Origin: Vicugna vicugna
Taxonomy: Eukaryota
Direction of reading: 5' to 3'
Length of the DNA: 64,000 nt
Assembly (NCBI GenBank): GCA_013265495.1
Contig: MU057786.1
Location: 62,001-126,000 of the forward strand
Shown: in pieces, positions 40,062-52,923 of the stretch
Numbering within the stretch: the stretch's first letter is position 1
How the letters are laid out: each line of letters opens with the position of its first letter
Made by a program: the position numbers and the translations under genes
The notes under the pieces: model-generated
The model's input: the letters and a program-made list of their open reading frames with translations, nothing else
What the model was told of the DNA's origin: nothing
The model's database searches: none

Positions 40062-40080
40062 GTGCTCCCTCTAGTGGTGG
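40062..40080 (-). promoter_or_regulatory. Candidate CTCF motif
   Basis: Minus strand reads CCACCACTAGAGGGAGCAC, close to the CTCF core CCACYAGRKGGCRC; sequence match only. Confidence 0.4.
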
Positions 40081-40838
40081 TCCTAAATCATTATTTGTGT
40101 GTTAACACTGTCATGTTGGCCACATGATGTGTATCCAAGCTGCTAACGCTGCACTGTAAAGTGTAAAACGGGTGAATTTGAAACCCTAAATGTAACAAAG
40201 GACTTTTATTCAGAATAGGTAGGAAAATATATAGAACAATATGAAAAAGACAAGAAACTTTGCGGGAAAATAAGGAAAGAATATTTGACAGGGGACTCCC
40301 AGTGGAAGAAAGAGTTAACTGATAAATACATGAGGACAGGCTCATTTTCAAAATAGTTAGAAAAGTACAAAGCAAAGCAATAATATACGTTTTTTACCAT
40401 CAGGCAAAAGTTTAGACACACCCATACCCAGTTTGTGCAGTGTTACTTGTTACAACCTTTGTGGTAAATTAATTCAATACATTGATCTATAGTTGTAATA
40501 CATGTACCCTTTGGTTTAGTAGTCTCACCCCTGAGCCTCTATATGGTAGAAGTAACAATACTAGTGTATATTTTATTGAACTGGCGAATGATAGACTACT
40601 TTAAATAATGGATTTTCGCTGAAATAAGCAAATGGTAAAAAAAAATTTCTTCAGTTTAAGACATTTCTGATACCAATTCAAATTAGTTTAGCTTTACATG
40701 AAAAGGCAATTGTTCTAAAAATACTATGGGCTGGTAGCATGAAGTAAACTTTTTTTTTTTTAATAAAAGTCTCTAGAAGTTTTGCTTCAGAATTATTGTT
40801 GAGAGTCAGGATTCATTAACGGCGCTTCTGGTTTTCAG

Positions 40839-40950
40839 ACTGGACATTTAGCTATGGAGACATTACTGTCCCTTACTTCCAAACGAGCAGGAGACTGGTT
40901 TAAAGAAGAACTCCGGCTTTTGGGTGGTCTGGATCATATTGTAGATAAAG
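40839..40950 (+). CDS. WAPL: WAPL exon 10 (112 nt)
   Basis: ttttcag|ACTGGA ... GATAAAG|gtaatg; [37 protein letters not shown]. Confidence 0.96.
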
Positions 40951-41308
40951 GTAATGATATACATGCAATAAAACATTTTAATATATTATTTAAAGCCTGA
41001 AGAAAATTCACATACTTCAAAGAATAATTACATCAATTTGAAAAGATCTGTTTTTAGTAGCATCTTGAAAATCTTCTAAAAGGAAAGGCCATTAATGCTG
41101 ATATGGGGGAGTTGTGGAAATTTAAAAAACAATAAATTACAGTCTCATACATTTTCACGTCTCACAGAATAAAACTTAGAATAAACAGTATTCAGAGAAG
41201 CTCTAGCATATTCATAGCATGTGTACAGATGGCTTTTAAATATTAGTTAAGGGGAAAAGTATTGAAGTGATGAGACATGCTAATGTATATCCATTTCTTT
41301 CCTCCCAG

Positions 41309-41406
41309 TGAAAGAATGTGTGGATCATTTAAGTAGAGATGAAGATGAAGAAAAGCTAGTGGCCTCGTTATGGGGAGCAGAGAGATGTTTACGAGTTTTA
41401 GAAAGT
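41309..41406 (+). CDS. WAPL: WAPL exon 11 (98 nt)
   Basis: ctcccag|TGAAAG ... GAAAGT|gtaagt; [33 protein letters not shown]. Confidence 0.96.
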
Positions 41407-42426
41407 GTAAGTATGAACAAATACTTGGAGAAAGTATTTAATCTTAAACATGACTGTGTGTGAGACTGTCATAGTTTTATATTAAATATCCCTAGAGTTT
41501 TACTTTGGTGAATCCAAATTGAAATTGTAATGCGTTCTTTGAACACCAATGTTAAAGAACAAGTGAAGTGAGCAGTGTAAGTTTTTTGTTCATTGCTCCA
41601 TATGAAACCATGCACGTCAAGTTTGTTTCCATTGCCAGATGTTATTATTCTTTCCTTAATGTGGAATTCTTCTTAAACATATTGTTTGTGGAAAATAATA
41701 AATGCAATTATATTTTTTCTTTTATTTTTTAATTAATAAAATTTTTCTTGGTTTTTGCTATTGTTTGAGTCATGTTTATAATCACAGCTTATATTTGGCT
41801 CTGAAGAGTACTTCTGAACCATGTGCCATAAGTATATTTATTCTTTGACTTTTCTGAATGACAACCCAGTTCAGAGTAGATTAGAATTTATGCTGCCAGT
41901 GAATTTCAAGACGCATAGACTGTGTGTTGGCCAGATTGGATTAATGGGTACTACCTTTTGAAACATCTATGGGAAAATGATCTAGTGTGAATGAAAAGTT
42001 CCTGGCATAGATGAAATGGAAATTGTTCCTTGGCTCTTGTAGAGTGCTTCAGGTACATTTGATAAACAGACAATTTTTAAAAATTCTAGATGAATCTACT
42101 TTAAGACCTTTAAAACATTAGTTTATTTATTATATTAGTGATTTTTCTTTTCTGACCTTTAAAGTGCTTGGTAATTCATTACCATGAATGTATAGTACAG
42201 AATATATTAATTATGAACAAGCAGTTATAACAGTGATGTTTTAATTTTGTAGTAAAGCAATAGCTGTATTATTTTCAGTTTAGAACACGTGCATTGTTTT
42301 TCCCTTAGATGACAAGGGCTGATCATCCATCCTCATCTTTATGTCCTTTAGAGCACTGTGTGTTGTGTGTGAATGAATGAATGAATGTTATGGATTGCCA
42401 CAAAATTTCAAAATTTCTCCTTTTAG

Positions 42427-42503
42427 GTAACAGTGCATAATCCAGAGAATCAAAGCTACTTGATAGCATATAAAGATTCACAACTCATTGTTTCATCAGC
42501 TAA
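42427..42503 (+). CDS. WAPL: WAPL exon 12 (77 nt)
   Basis: ttttag|GTAACA ... GCTAA|gtaagt; VTVHNPENQSYLIAYKDSQLIVSSA. Confidence 0.96.
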
Positions 42504-42528
42504 GTAAGTTTTTCTGAAATGTCATACC

Positions 42529-42934
42529 TTTTTTTTCCTTTCAAATTGATGAGCGGTGTTGTGTTTTTAGTATACAGTGTTGTAGTTCAGTTATAGACAG
42601 ATTCTTTTTTATTATAGGTTATTACAAGCTATTGAATATAGTTCCCTGTGCTATATAATTGTGTATCGATTTTGTATATAGTAGTTTGTATCTGATAATC
42701 CCAAACTCCTAATTATGACTCCCACTTCCCCTTCCCCCTTTGGTAACCATAAGTTTGTTTTCTGTGTCTTTTAGTTTCTGTGAGTAACTTTTGTTTTGTA
42801 AATAAGTTAATGTCATCTTTTTAGATTCCACATACAAGTGTTATCATGGTATTCGTCTTTCTCTTTCTGGCTTACTTCACTTTACATGATAATCTCTAGG
42901 TCCATCCATGTTGCTGTGAATGGCATTATTTCAT
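42529..42934 (-). mobile_element. Cetartiodactyl-type L1 3' end, 5'-truncated
   Basis: tataggttattacaag..attgaatatagttccctgtgctata...ttagattccacata...ctctaggtccatccatgttgctg; antisense-similar to the 61.9-62.8 kb copy. Confidence 0.85.
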
Positions 42935-44414
42935 CCTCCTCAGAGCATGTAAAGTTGCCATGTATATCTCCAGCCCTGGTTCTAGCTCATTATAGCAGCT
43001 TCTTCCTAATATGTCTATCCCAGTTCTTGATATGGCTGCCCTGGTTCTCTGGTTTCTAATCAGTCCAGTATAATACCAGTACCACAGAGGGTTAACCTTC
43101 CACAGATGTCTGTTTGTAAAAATAATCCCAAACTCCAAATGTGTGTGATGCCTTGTTGTCTTTGGATGTACATCCAGCATTCTTAGTATAGTATCAAAGG
43201 CCCACTACAACCTGACTCAAGTTTAAAGAATTTCAGAGATAAAAGTAGACAGTAGCATCATAGCCCCTGTTGTACACCTCATTTAGCTTGAATAGTCAGC
43301 TGTCACGGCCAGTCCTGTTTCCATGTATTACCCTATCCATTCCCTTTTTCTATATTATTTTGAAGCAAATTATATATTTCAAATCATTTCATTCATAGAT
43401 ACCTGAGTATATAATCTCTAAAAGAGGACTCTTAAAAATATAACCATAGTACCATTTTCATACCTTATAAATTATTAATTGCTTAATACCGTCATAAGTC
43501 CAGTCAGTATTCCAATTTCCAATAGTTTCAAATTTCTAATAGTCTCTAGTTACTAATAGATTTGTTTTTAATCTGTAGGATTCCCTGTCATCTCTTTTGT
43601 CTTCTATTTGTAAATTTTGTATCATGGTTAGTACCTTTAAGGCATGTTCTGGTTGTTTTGTTACCATGTTTACCCTCCTTTACCAAAGAGTACTATTGCA
43701 AGTTAAAATATGTTTCTTATTTTGAAAATGTCTCTTGTTTATTTCATGACCCCTGACACATGACTTCTAAAAGGAGGCGGTTAGGAACCTTTGTGATTAG
43801 GAACTTTGCATCAGATGTCTTAGAAGTGGCAGTAGAGATCAGAATTGGCTGTTTGTGAAAGACCACTCATCTGGCTTTTTGAAATTTTCAGCAGAACCCT
43901 GATAAATGCAGGGATAGCATGTTGAACAGTTATATATACTCCTGCTGTTCCCAGCTTACCTCCCAGCAGATTTATTAGCTCAGTACTACTTCAGGCAGTT
44001 AACAGTAACAGCATGGTCATTCTGGTGAACATCCCCAGTCATCTAAAGAACAAATTATTTTATGTTAGACACAAGGAACCCCTTCCTAACCACAGAGTAT
44101 GTTTTAAGGAACAGCTGGACAGCGGTTTTCTTTAAGGGTTTTCTTTATAGGACAGTTTTCTAAAAGGGTTTTGTGTGGTATATGATACATGAAAACTCAG
44201 CCAACAGAGTTAGCTGACTTCATCTCTCACAGACTTTTTAAATTAATGGACTTGGCAATTTAAAGAGAGTCTTTAGAAATACTAGGCCCACTTAGAGATT
44301 ACATTTCCTTGTTATTTTGGGTAGCATCTTGAGAATCCTTGGATATAGTTGATACCCTTGTATGACTGCCTGGAGACATTTCAGTTAAATGACCTCATGT
44401 TGAAGAATATGATT

Positions 44415-44498
44415 GGGGGGGTTGTTTATAGCTCAATGTAGAGCACATGCTTAGCATGAACAAGGTCCTGGGTTCAATCCCAAGTACCTCCATTAAAA
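44415..44498 (+). mobile_element. tRNA-Ala-derived SINE (Vic-1-like)
   Basis: tatagctcaatgtagagcacatgcttagcatg..caaggtcctgggttcaatccc; TSD aatatgatt at 44406-44414 and 44499-44507. Confidence 0.88.
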
Positions 44499-45023
44499 AA
44501 TATGATTTGTTCTAAGGTTTATGAAGTATTTAATATTTATCTATACAAGGTTATTATGTAATATTGATATAAATAATATTCTCTACCTAAGCTAAGAGCT
44601 TACATTTGAAATGCAAAAAACATCTAAATGAAATTCGGAAGTGCCCAGTGTTAGCTTTCAAAGGTTTGACTTGTTTGGGGATGGGCTGTGGTAGGTTGTT
44701 ACGCTGGAGATTGGTAAAATGGGGCACAGCTGTGGGTAGTGTAGTTATAAACTTCTGCATTGAGTTTATAATTTTAACTTTGCTTAGAAAAATTTATATT
44801 ATCAAGTTTTCCCAAAATAAAGCAAAAACTTAGCACCTAGCATGATTATCAGACATGCTTGGTACATGATAGAATAGGTAATACGTTATAAGTTCAGAAA
44901 TGGAAGAAAATTAATTTGGTAGCATTTATGACAAAATTAAAACTGTCAGGTCCAGGTAAATAGACATTCTTAGTGTAACTATGTTTACTGAACATAATAG
45001 TCTATATTCTGTTTTCTCTTAAG

Positions 45024-45199
45024 AGCATTACAGCATTGTGAAGAATTAATTAAGCAGTATAACCGTGCTGAGAACAGTATATGCTTACCTGACAGTAAGC
45101 CTCTGCCTCACCAGAATATCACTAACCACGTGGGCAAAGCGGTGGAAGACTGCATGAGGGCCATCATTGGGGTGCTGCTCAATTTAACTAATGATAATG
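45024..45199 (+). CDS. WAPL: WAPL exon 13 (176 nt)
   Basis: cttaag|AGCATTA ... GATAATG|gtaagt; [17 protein letters not shown]...[19 protein letters not shown]. Confidence 0.96.
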
Positions 45200-45527
45200 G
45201 TAAGTCATATTTTCCACATATATTCTCACTGAAAGATTGTATTACATGTAAAAATAAGTTACTCCCCTTGTTTCTTCTTTTCTTAATGTAGTCATTTTTA
45301 AATTGCCATTGTGTCATTCACTTACTCATGTATAGATTTAACTGCTTTTAGGAGTAGATGTTTTTAGAACCAGCCTGGTAGCTTGGCTCAGAAACATTGT
45401 AGTCAGCAGTGTATCTGAATAAAGGAATAGCTATGCATTTTTAATTTCTAATATTAGTATTAATAAGTATTGTTAGTGTCATAAAAGATAATAGCAACCT
45501 TTATCCTCTTCCCATTCCCTGTTTCAG

Positions 45528-45643
45528 AATGGGGCAGCACCAAAACAGGAGAGCAGGATGGCTTGATTGGCACAGCGATGAACTGTGTGCTTCAGGTTCC
45601 AAAGTACCTACCTCAGGAGCAGAGATTTGATATTCGAGTGCTG
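45528..45643 (+). CDS. WAPL: WAPL exon 14 (116 nt)
   Basis: tttcag|AATGGGG ... GTGCTG|gtgagt; [39 protein letters not shown]. Confidence 0.96.
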
Positions 45644-46029
45644 GTGAGTCACAATGACTATTTCAGAAATGAATGCTTGATCTATTAAGATGACAAAAAC
45701 TTCATGTTAGTTTTGGATTTAAGAACCAGTTGTTCAATAATATTGTGGGTTTCAGTTGATTACCTATGAACATACCTCTTATAGTACAGAAGGGAGCCAT
45801 GAAGGGCCAAGTGTAAAAATAAGGAGTATAAGGACTAAAAGTGGTGATTTTTAGAAGTGGTGAAATCATTCTTTGGGAAGAGCATTACTTACAATTTTAT
45901 ATTGGTTTTTAACCATTTTGTAGATGATAGAACACTGATTAGTTTTCTAGCTGTCAATAAAAGTTGTATATTGTGTTCATTTGCTTTTAATTCTCACCTG
46001 TGATAACATGCATATTTTACCTTTTGTAG

Positions 46030-46194
46030 GGTTTAGGTCTACTGATAAATCTAGTCGAGTACAGTGCTCGGAATCGGCACTGTCTTGTCAACATGGAAAC
46101 ATCGTGTTCTTTTGATTCTTCCTTCTGTAGTGGAGAGGGAGATGACAGTTTAAGGATGGCTGGACAAGTCCATGCAGTTCAGGCTTTAGTGCAG
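46030..46194 (+). CDS. WAPL: WAPL exon 15 (165 nt)
   Basis: ttgtag|GGTTTA ... GTGCAG|gtaagc; [23 protein letters not shown]...HAVQALVQ. Confidence 0.96.
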
Positions 46195-47002
46195 GTAAGC
46201 AGCAACTTAAAAACACACTGACACCTTCAGTTTTTACATCTGTCCAATTCCTTTATCAGGTGTTACCTTCTCTCCCTCCTACCTTCCCTCCCCTCCTTTT
46301 CCTCTTCCTCTGACTCTCTCACTGGGTCATGAGAGGTACACTGGGTTAGAATGTGTACCATTACTTACTCTGCTGACTGTTTTCAACCACGGTAATCACT
46401 CCTTAGGCATTGTTAGCGAAAAGCAGAAATAAGGCATATTTGTTTATGAATCAAAAGTAGATTATTAACAAATTAGGAATCAAGTTTTAGCTTTATCGCA
46501 TCTGATTCAAGTCCTCCAGCATTACTTACTGGTCTGATCTGTACCCAGGACTGTGTGCACCTAAATATTGGGGCATACTTTGCAAAGTGCATATGTCTTT
46601 GGAGTAATTTCCGGGCCGAGGAATTGTCAGAGTATGTATGTTTAAAGTTGATGTCCCCGGCTTGCCCCACCCCAATCACATACTCCCTTTCCCATCGATT
46701 TATACTCCCCTCTGAAACTGTATGTGGGTTTTTGTTTCTTGACTGTTGTTACTTTTTCCAGTATCATACTTTCTGCCAGTTCCTAGCTACCTTTGTTATT
46801 TCCTTAAGTGACAGTTTGTACATGTTCAGAAGTGATGATGAACCTTTTCTTTTCTCTTTTCTTTTCTTTTCATTTTTTTCCAAAGCCTTTGCTAACCTGT
46901 TAATTCTTTTGGCCTTTTTGAAACTAGAAATGCTTGAACTCTGTCTTCAGGAAGTGATCTGCAACAACTTGATCTTTTCTTGAGTCATAACTAGGAGCCT
47001 AT

Positions 47003-47380
47003 CATTCTCTTTTCAAACATTTGGATCTCAGGACTTTTTTATTCTATATACTTTATACCTTGTATAAAGTACATATACTTTATAATAATTACTGGGGATA
47101 CCAAATAACTTTTGTTTAGGTGTGCTTTATCTATTGATAAATTAGAAATCAAAACTGGGAAAATTGTAAAATTCAGGCACTCATTCTATTAGCCATTGGA
47201 GCAGAAACATAATCACATAGCATGTAGATTCTGGAAAACTCCACCATACAGTTGTGAGAGAATGAAAGAAGTCAGTTGACCTTTTAGTATTCTTATGAAT
47301 GCAGTTTTGGGCTCACAGACTCCCTGAAAGGATTTGGGGGGACCCCTAGGGAACCTGGAACCAATTTTAAGAAATACTGC
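47003..47380. mobile_element. Non-autonomous hAT-Charlie element
   Basis: Ends resemble the Charlie1 family (caaacatttggatctcaggac ... ccctgaaagg.tttggggggacccctagg...ttaagaaatactg). Confidence 0.6.
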
Positions 47381-48150
47381 TTCATATAAAGCTTAAGTTT
47401 TATTTTCTTAAGGGTATTAAAGTTTGTATACCACTCTTGTATATATCTGAGATCTTCTTGTCATGTGATTTTCAGGTAGTTGCTATTAGTAACTGGGTCT
47501 TCCCCAGGTGCATCAGTGAGTACATGAAATGCTTTCTGTTCATTCAGCACTGCACCAGCACAGGGAACTAGAGTGAGTGAAGGCAGGAGGTTTAGTGGGT
47601 TCCCTTTTTGGTGTGTACTTCCATTATTAGTTATTCTAGTTGAGATTCATTTCTGGGTCTTTCTCTGAGAACTAGCTTTTTACTTTTACTAGTTCTTGTC
47701 TATCTCTTTACATTCCTTTTAAAGAAGCCATGTTGCTTTCTCCCCATATTATGTAGTTTTTTATTCGGTGTCCTTTCTTCCTTCCAGTTAATTTATCCAG
47801 GCTGCTTGGTTTAAATTTTTTTTAACTCTTTTAACTTTTAATTTGTAGTTTTTGCTTGAATTTTCCATCAGTATTACCCAAATTAAGAGAAGCGTTGCGA
47901 TTTTTCAGTCTTACAATCAGAATGCCTGCATCATTAGTAGATACACTTTATTTACTTGATTGAATCCCAACAGCATTGATACTTTTGGTTTGGCCTTCAG
48001 TTGGATGAAGAGCGAGGGCTTTTATTGATACTCACTTTTTACCAGACAACATGTTTCTTAGCGTTAGTGATATTTAAAAGCAAATTGAGCCTTAAATTTG
48101 TTGCTGGTTGGTGATCTCTCTTAATGATCTTCAAAAATAATCTTTATCAG

Positions 48151-48358
48151 CTATTCCTTGAGCGAGAGAGAGCAGCCCAGTTGGCAGAAAGTAAAACAGA
48201 TGAGTTGATCAAAGATGCTCCCACCACTCAGCATGATAAGAGTGGAGAGTGGCAAGAAACAAGTGGAGAAATACAGTGGGTGTCAACTGAGAAGACGGAT
48301 GGTACAGAAGAGAAACAGAAGAAGGAGGAAGACGATGAAGAACTTGACCTCAATAAAG
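48151..48358 (+). CDS. WAPL: WAPL exon 16 (208 nt)
   Basis: ttatcag|CTATTC ... AATAAAG|gtatgt; [15 protein letters not shown]...EELDLNK. Confidence 0.96.
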
Positions 48359-48724
48359 GTATGTTTATTTTGATGTATTCAAACTAAATACGTGTTCTTT
48401 TTCCTCCAAAACATTTTTTAATTCATATATTGTTAAATCTTGCTATGTTTATGGCCTCTCTAGTCCAGTGCGGACAAGCTTTGTTATTTCAGTGCTTGTA
48501 GGAGTTCTTCACAGGCTTCCTAGCAGGGAGGAAGGTATGTGTCCAGTGCAGGCACAGTCTGCTTTGCTTTCCTGGTTCTTTCTTTACTTATCTGTAAAGC
48601 GAAGCAGCTGAATAATATGACCTCTAAAGGCTTTTATACTTCTGAAATTTTGGGATTCTTTTATTAGCCTCACTTTGTAAACTGAGAGCTATTGTCATAA
48701 ATTACAGTAATAGTTCTCCAAATC

Positions 48725-49100
48725 TTTTCCCCATATTTTTAATTGGGTTGTCTCTTTTTGGTTGAGTTGTAAGAATTCTGTATATTCTAGAGACTTGACT
48801 CTTATTGAATACCTGATTTGCAGATAAATTCTGTGAGTTACCCTCACTTTTTTGATGGTGTCTTTTGAAACACAAAAGCTTTAAGTTTGATGAAGTCCAA
48901 CTTACCTGTTTTTTATTTTGTCATTTGCAGTTTTGGTGTCATGTCTAAGAAACCATTTCCTAACCCAACATCACAAAAATTTGGTCCTGTGTTTTCTTCT
49001 AAGGGTTTTATGGTTTGGGCTCTTATATTAGGTCCCTCTTCCATTTGTGTCATTTTTGTTGACTTGTGTGGATATCCCATTTTCCTAGCACCGTTTATTG
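48725..49100 (-). mobile_element. L1 ORF2 fragment
   Basis: ttgagttgtaagaattct...ttttggtgtcatgtctaagaaaccattt...gttttcttctaag. Confidence 0.8.
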
Positions 49101-49217
49101 ATGTTTAGCAGTTTTGAAGGAAAGGTGACTGACAGAGATGTTGGTTTCTTGGATGCTTTTCTGTATGTGTGTGTGTTTTTAATGTACTGTTACAGTTTTT
49201 GGTTTAAATATTTTCAG

Positions 49218-49306
49218 CTCTTCAGCATGCTGGCAAACACATGGAGGATTGCATCGTGGCCTCATATACAGCGCTACTTCTTGGGTGTCTCTGCCAAGAG
49301 AGTCCA
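49218..49306 (+). CDS. WAPL: WAPL exon 17 (89 nt)
   Basis: ttttcag|CTCTTC ... AGTCCA|gtaagt; [30 protein letters not shown]. Confidence 0.96.
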
Positions 49307-52300
49307 GTAAGTAATAGTTCAGAGCTGTTTATGTGTCTTAAAAGGATTCCATTGTGACCGCTTCATATCAGTACCTAACTAACTTAGGACTTTTTTTTAC
49401 CCCCTCATATTTGGTGAACTTTAGAAGGTACATTTCAAAATAAGAATAAATTGGGTTTAATGAGAAAACTCCCAGGTTAATGGAGGAATGGATTCACTGT
49501 GCCTTTGGTTGAAGTCAGAGAGCATCGTCTAAAACCTGTGCTCAACTGGCTTGAGGTGGAAAAGTCCAGCCTCAGTGAGAGCATCAAAGACTCAGAATTT
49601 CTGTCTTTAAACTCTGCTGTCCTCTGCATGTCGTCTTTTTGCCAGCTCTCTTCATGGCCCTGTGCTGACTCTAGCTACATGTCTTGTCTACTTAACTAAT
49701 GTCCAGTGGAAGAAGGTTGCCTCTTCCCGTTTGTTTATTTGTAACAGCAGTGGTTTCTTATCCCTGGGACCCCTGCACACGCACTGCAAAAAGTAGCCCT
49801 CCCCTCACCTTGGCCAACATCGGCTCACTTGCTTTTGTTTGATCTACCCACTGGCCAGGAAAATGGGATTACTACGTGAGATGTAGATCATCGTGATTTA
49901 ACTATGAGAAGCATGTGAGTGTCTAGACATTTGGGCCGACTCAGCACAGAAGGGGACAGGTTCTGGCTATTGGAATGGTCTCTGTTAAAAGGGGGAACAT
50001 ACAGATATTGTTTAACAGAAAGGCCCAGTAGAAGAGCCAGATTTTAAAATAAAAGGGAGGGGTTTTCCCTCTTAGGAGCCAGGGGCATTCAGGATGCAAG
50101 AAAGAGTGGAGGGAGGTCTATGGTATAGTAGGATGGTTAGTTTTTCTTCTCTGAGGCTGGAGGATTAGAAGTAAAGACCATAATCTGAAGGCCTTCTCTC
50201 AGTCCACTCACATTTCTTCATTTCTGTCATTGACTTTTCTGCATTGCTTTGTTTTCTGCTGTATCCATTTGTCTTAAGTCCTGTGTATTTTTCTGATGGA
50301 CAAGAGTCCATCTCTTCCATATTTATATTGTAGTTAAGCTCTGATCTAAATGCACACTTGCCCACTTGGTTGTGGCCCTTGTTGGCACCAGCGCTTTCAG
50401 GATCAAGACCAGAGTTCTTATCATGGCTTTGGAGGCCCTGCAAGATCTTTATTCCCCTTCCTGTATGTAATCTCTTCAGCTCAGCCCTTTTCCTTATTTC
50501 CTTAAAGTCCAGAGATTTTAAGGGCAAATGAGAAACACATGCCAAGCAAAGGGAAGGTACAAGAGGCTCCTTCAGTAGCACCCCCCCCAAACCTGATGGG
50601 CATGCTATTTAAATTTAAAGATTTTGGGGTATTGCATTTTGCACACACCCTAATTTCAGTCAAGCTCTTTGTTAAATAATGGTTCTTGAAACTAACTTGG
50701 GTTATTAGCAGATGTGATTTATTTTGGGCCATCTTTCCTATGTTAATAAATTCCTATCCATCCATGTCTGTCTTGTCTGTAAAGAGATCATAAGGTCCTT
50801 AGGTTGTGGGAAGTGTTGTGAATTCATAGAACCTAAGATGTCTTTGTTGCCTAGGGAATTACTATGATTAACCCCAAAAAGCTAGCTGATACCACAAAAT
50901 GTAAAGGAAATTGGTTTGCCCAGTGCTTAAGTGGGAAAGAAACAGAGAAGCAGGTGGTTCTGTGCAGTAAGCGCTGCTCTGTGGTGAGGGCAGCCTGCCT
51001 GGGAGCCCGGGAGACTCTGCTGTCATGTCCTGTCACCCCCTGCACACCTGACGTCCTGCAGGGCTCAGTCTCTTCTGGTCTCCCTGTTCTTGCCGCTCTC
51101 GTGACTCCCCGTTCCTGAAGTCCTGCACGCCGCTGCCACGGCTGACTTCCTTAAGAGCACGTCTGATCCCATAGCTTCTCTCTCACCAGTCTTTCTTGAG
51201 TTAACATCATTTAGGGAATGATGACTTGTTTACTGCTGCAGGACCCCAAACTTAAAACTACGTCCTCCAAATTTTAAATCTGTCAGGCCCCTTGGGTACT
51301 TTTTAAATTTCCCAAATAGGCCGTGCCGTTTCCTACCTTTTCTTTTTTGTACCTGCTGCAGGCTGCTTAAAAATAAACGCTGTGACTCTCCCCCACGCCT
51401 CGGCCACTCACTGTGTTGTATCTGCGGTGTGGGGACAGAGGAGGATGGGCTTGCCTCTTTGAGAGGCTTTCCCTCAGAACCCCAGATCTGATCATTTATT
51501 CTGTGTGATGGGCGTGCGCTCCTCTGTTGAGATGTCTTCATAGACACCTCAGCCACCTCTCTTCCCACCACTGTGGTCTCAGGCCCCTTTCCTAGAAATT
51601 GGTTAAAGATGTTGTTAAATCCAGCTTTCCTTTCCCTCTGCAGTGACCGTAGCTATTGTTCTTAACAAAATATTCTCCACTTTCCAGTATGTTTTAGAAA
51701 TACAGAGAGTTAAAGATTGTAAAAATCTCTCAGTATTTTAGCTGCAAAACTTGTTAACTCAGTAGGAGTAAGCTTGTGCTCCGCCTCCCAGCCGGGGGCC
51801 TGTGGTGGCTTTTGGTAGGAAGGTTCACTTAGAATATGGGTGATTGCTACCGTGTACCTTAGCACATGGTTATGTTAGCAATGTTTTTATTAGATCTTTT
51901 CTGAAACTCTGTTCATACCATTATTTGCTTATTTATAATTTCAAAAGGACCTTGACAGAAATAAAAAAGAGGGAGAGAGGGGACTGGTGGCTTATTTCCC
52001 AAGAGGGGTGATATATACTCTTTCCTCTCCTGCCCCATCAACAAAAATCAAATCAGAAACTTCCCTGTTCCTCCTCCTCTTGTGACAGCTTATTATCTTT
52101 TGTGCTTTTTATTACAGGTGAGTCTCCTTAGAAGAGCTTTTCCTTGTATTCTTTATGAACCTTTAAATAATTTTTAAAATATGTTGAAATAGACCAGTCT
52201 TTTAGAGGCAGGCTGTGTATTTCCCTTGTAACAGAGAGGTTTATGTATAGTTTGGCTGCTTCTTGCTGTTAATGAAGGGAAACATCTGAATCTCATCTCC

Positions 52301-52827
52301 TGGCACTGCCTGCGTTCCCCTTCTCGTAGATGGTCCTAGGGTGTGTTTGGAAAGATGGAGTTAATTCCTAGCCTACATAGGAACCTGAAGAATCCTCTTT
52401 GATCTGTTTCTTTCTATTCCTGAGCAGCTCTTTGGGTGCATCTAAGTCAGCACTCCTCCCTCCTCCTTTCCCAGTACTTCCCGCCCCCCAGCCCACCCCT
52501 GCACACACATTCAACAGCGCATTTTGTTATTTCAGGCATTTTTCTGTGCATTTATGAAAGTGTATATGCACACAAGTGTTTCTTTGTAGGCTTTGCTGGC
52601 TTTATCTTTTTCCTTTCTTTCTAAAAATGGGATGGGGTAGGGAATGGACTGACACACGCGCTCACAGAGTTGAGGCCTGTGGAAAAGGAAACTGCATATT
52701 AACCAAGGAGTTCAAGGGCCTTGTAGAAGTTTGATACAGGATGTCTGCCAGAACTGACAACACAGTGCAAGGTTCAAGCTCATGTTTTCTGCCACCTGAC
52801 CTGTGTTTCTGTGATCTGTTTCCTCAG

Positions 52828-52923
52828 ATCAATGTGACCACTGTGCGGGAGTATCTTCCAGAAGGGGACTTTTCAATAATGACAGAGATGCTCAAAAAAT
52901 TCCTGAGCTTCATGAATCTTACC
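52828..52923 (+). CDS. WAPL: WAPL exon 18 (96 nt)
   Basis: cctcag|ATCAAT ... CTTACC|gtaagc; [32 protein letters not shown]. Confidence 0.96.

Noticed and set aside
46555..46983. 142-aa intronic ORF
   Set aside because: GTG start, F/L/S-rich translation of T-rich intron DNA, and no recognisable domain.
50165..50590. 141-aa minus-strand ORF in intron 17
   Set aside because: Non-ATG start, no recognisable homology, and no clear exon structure.
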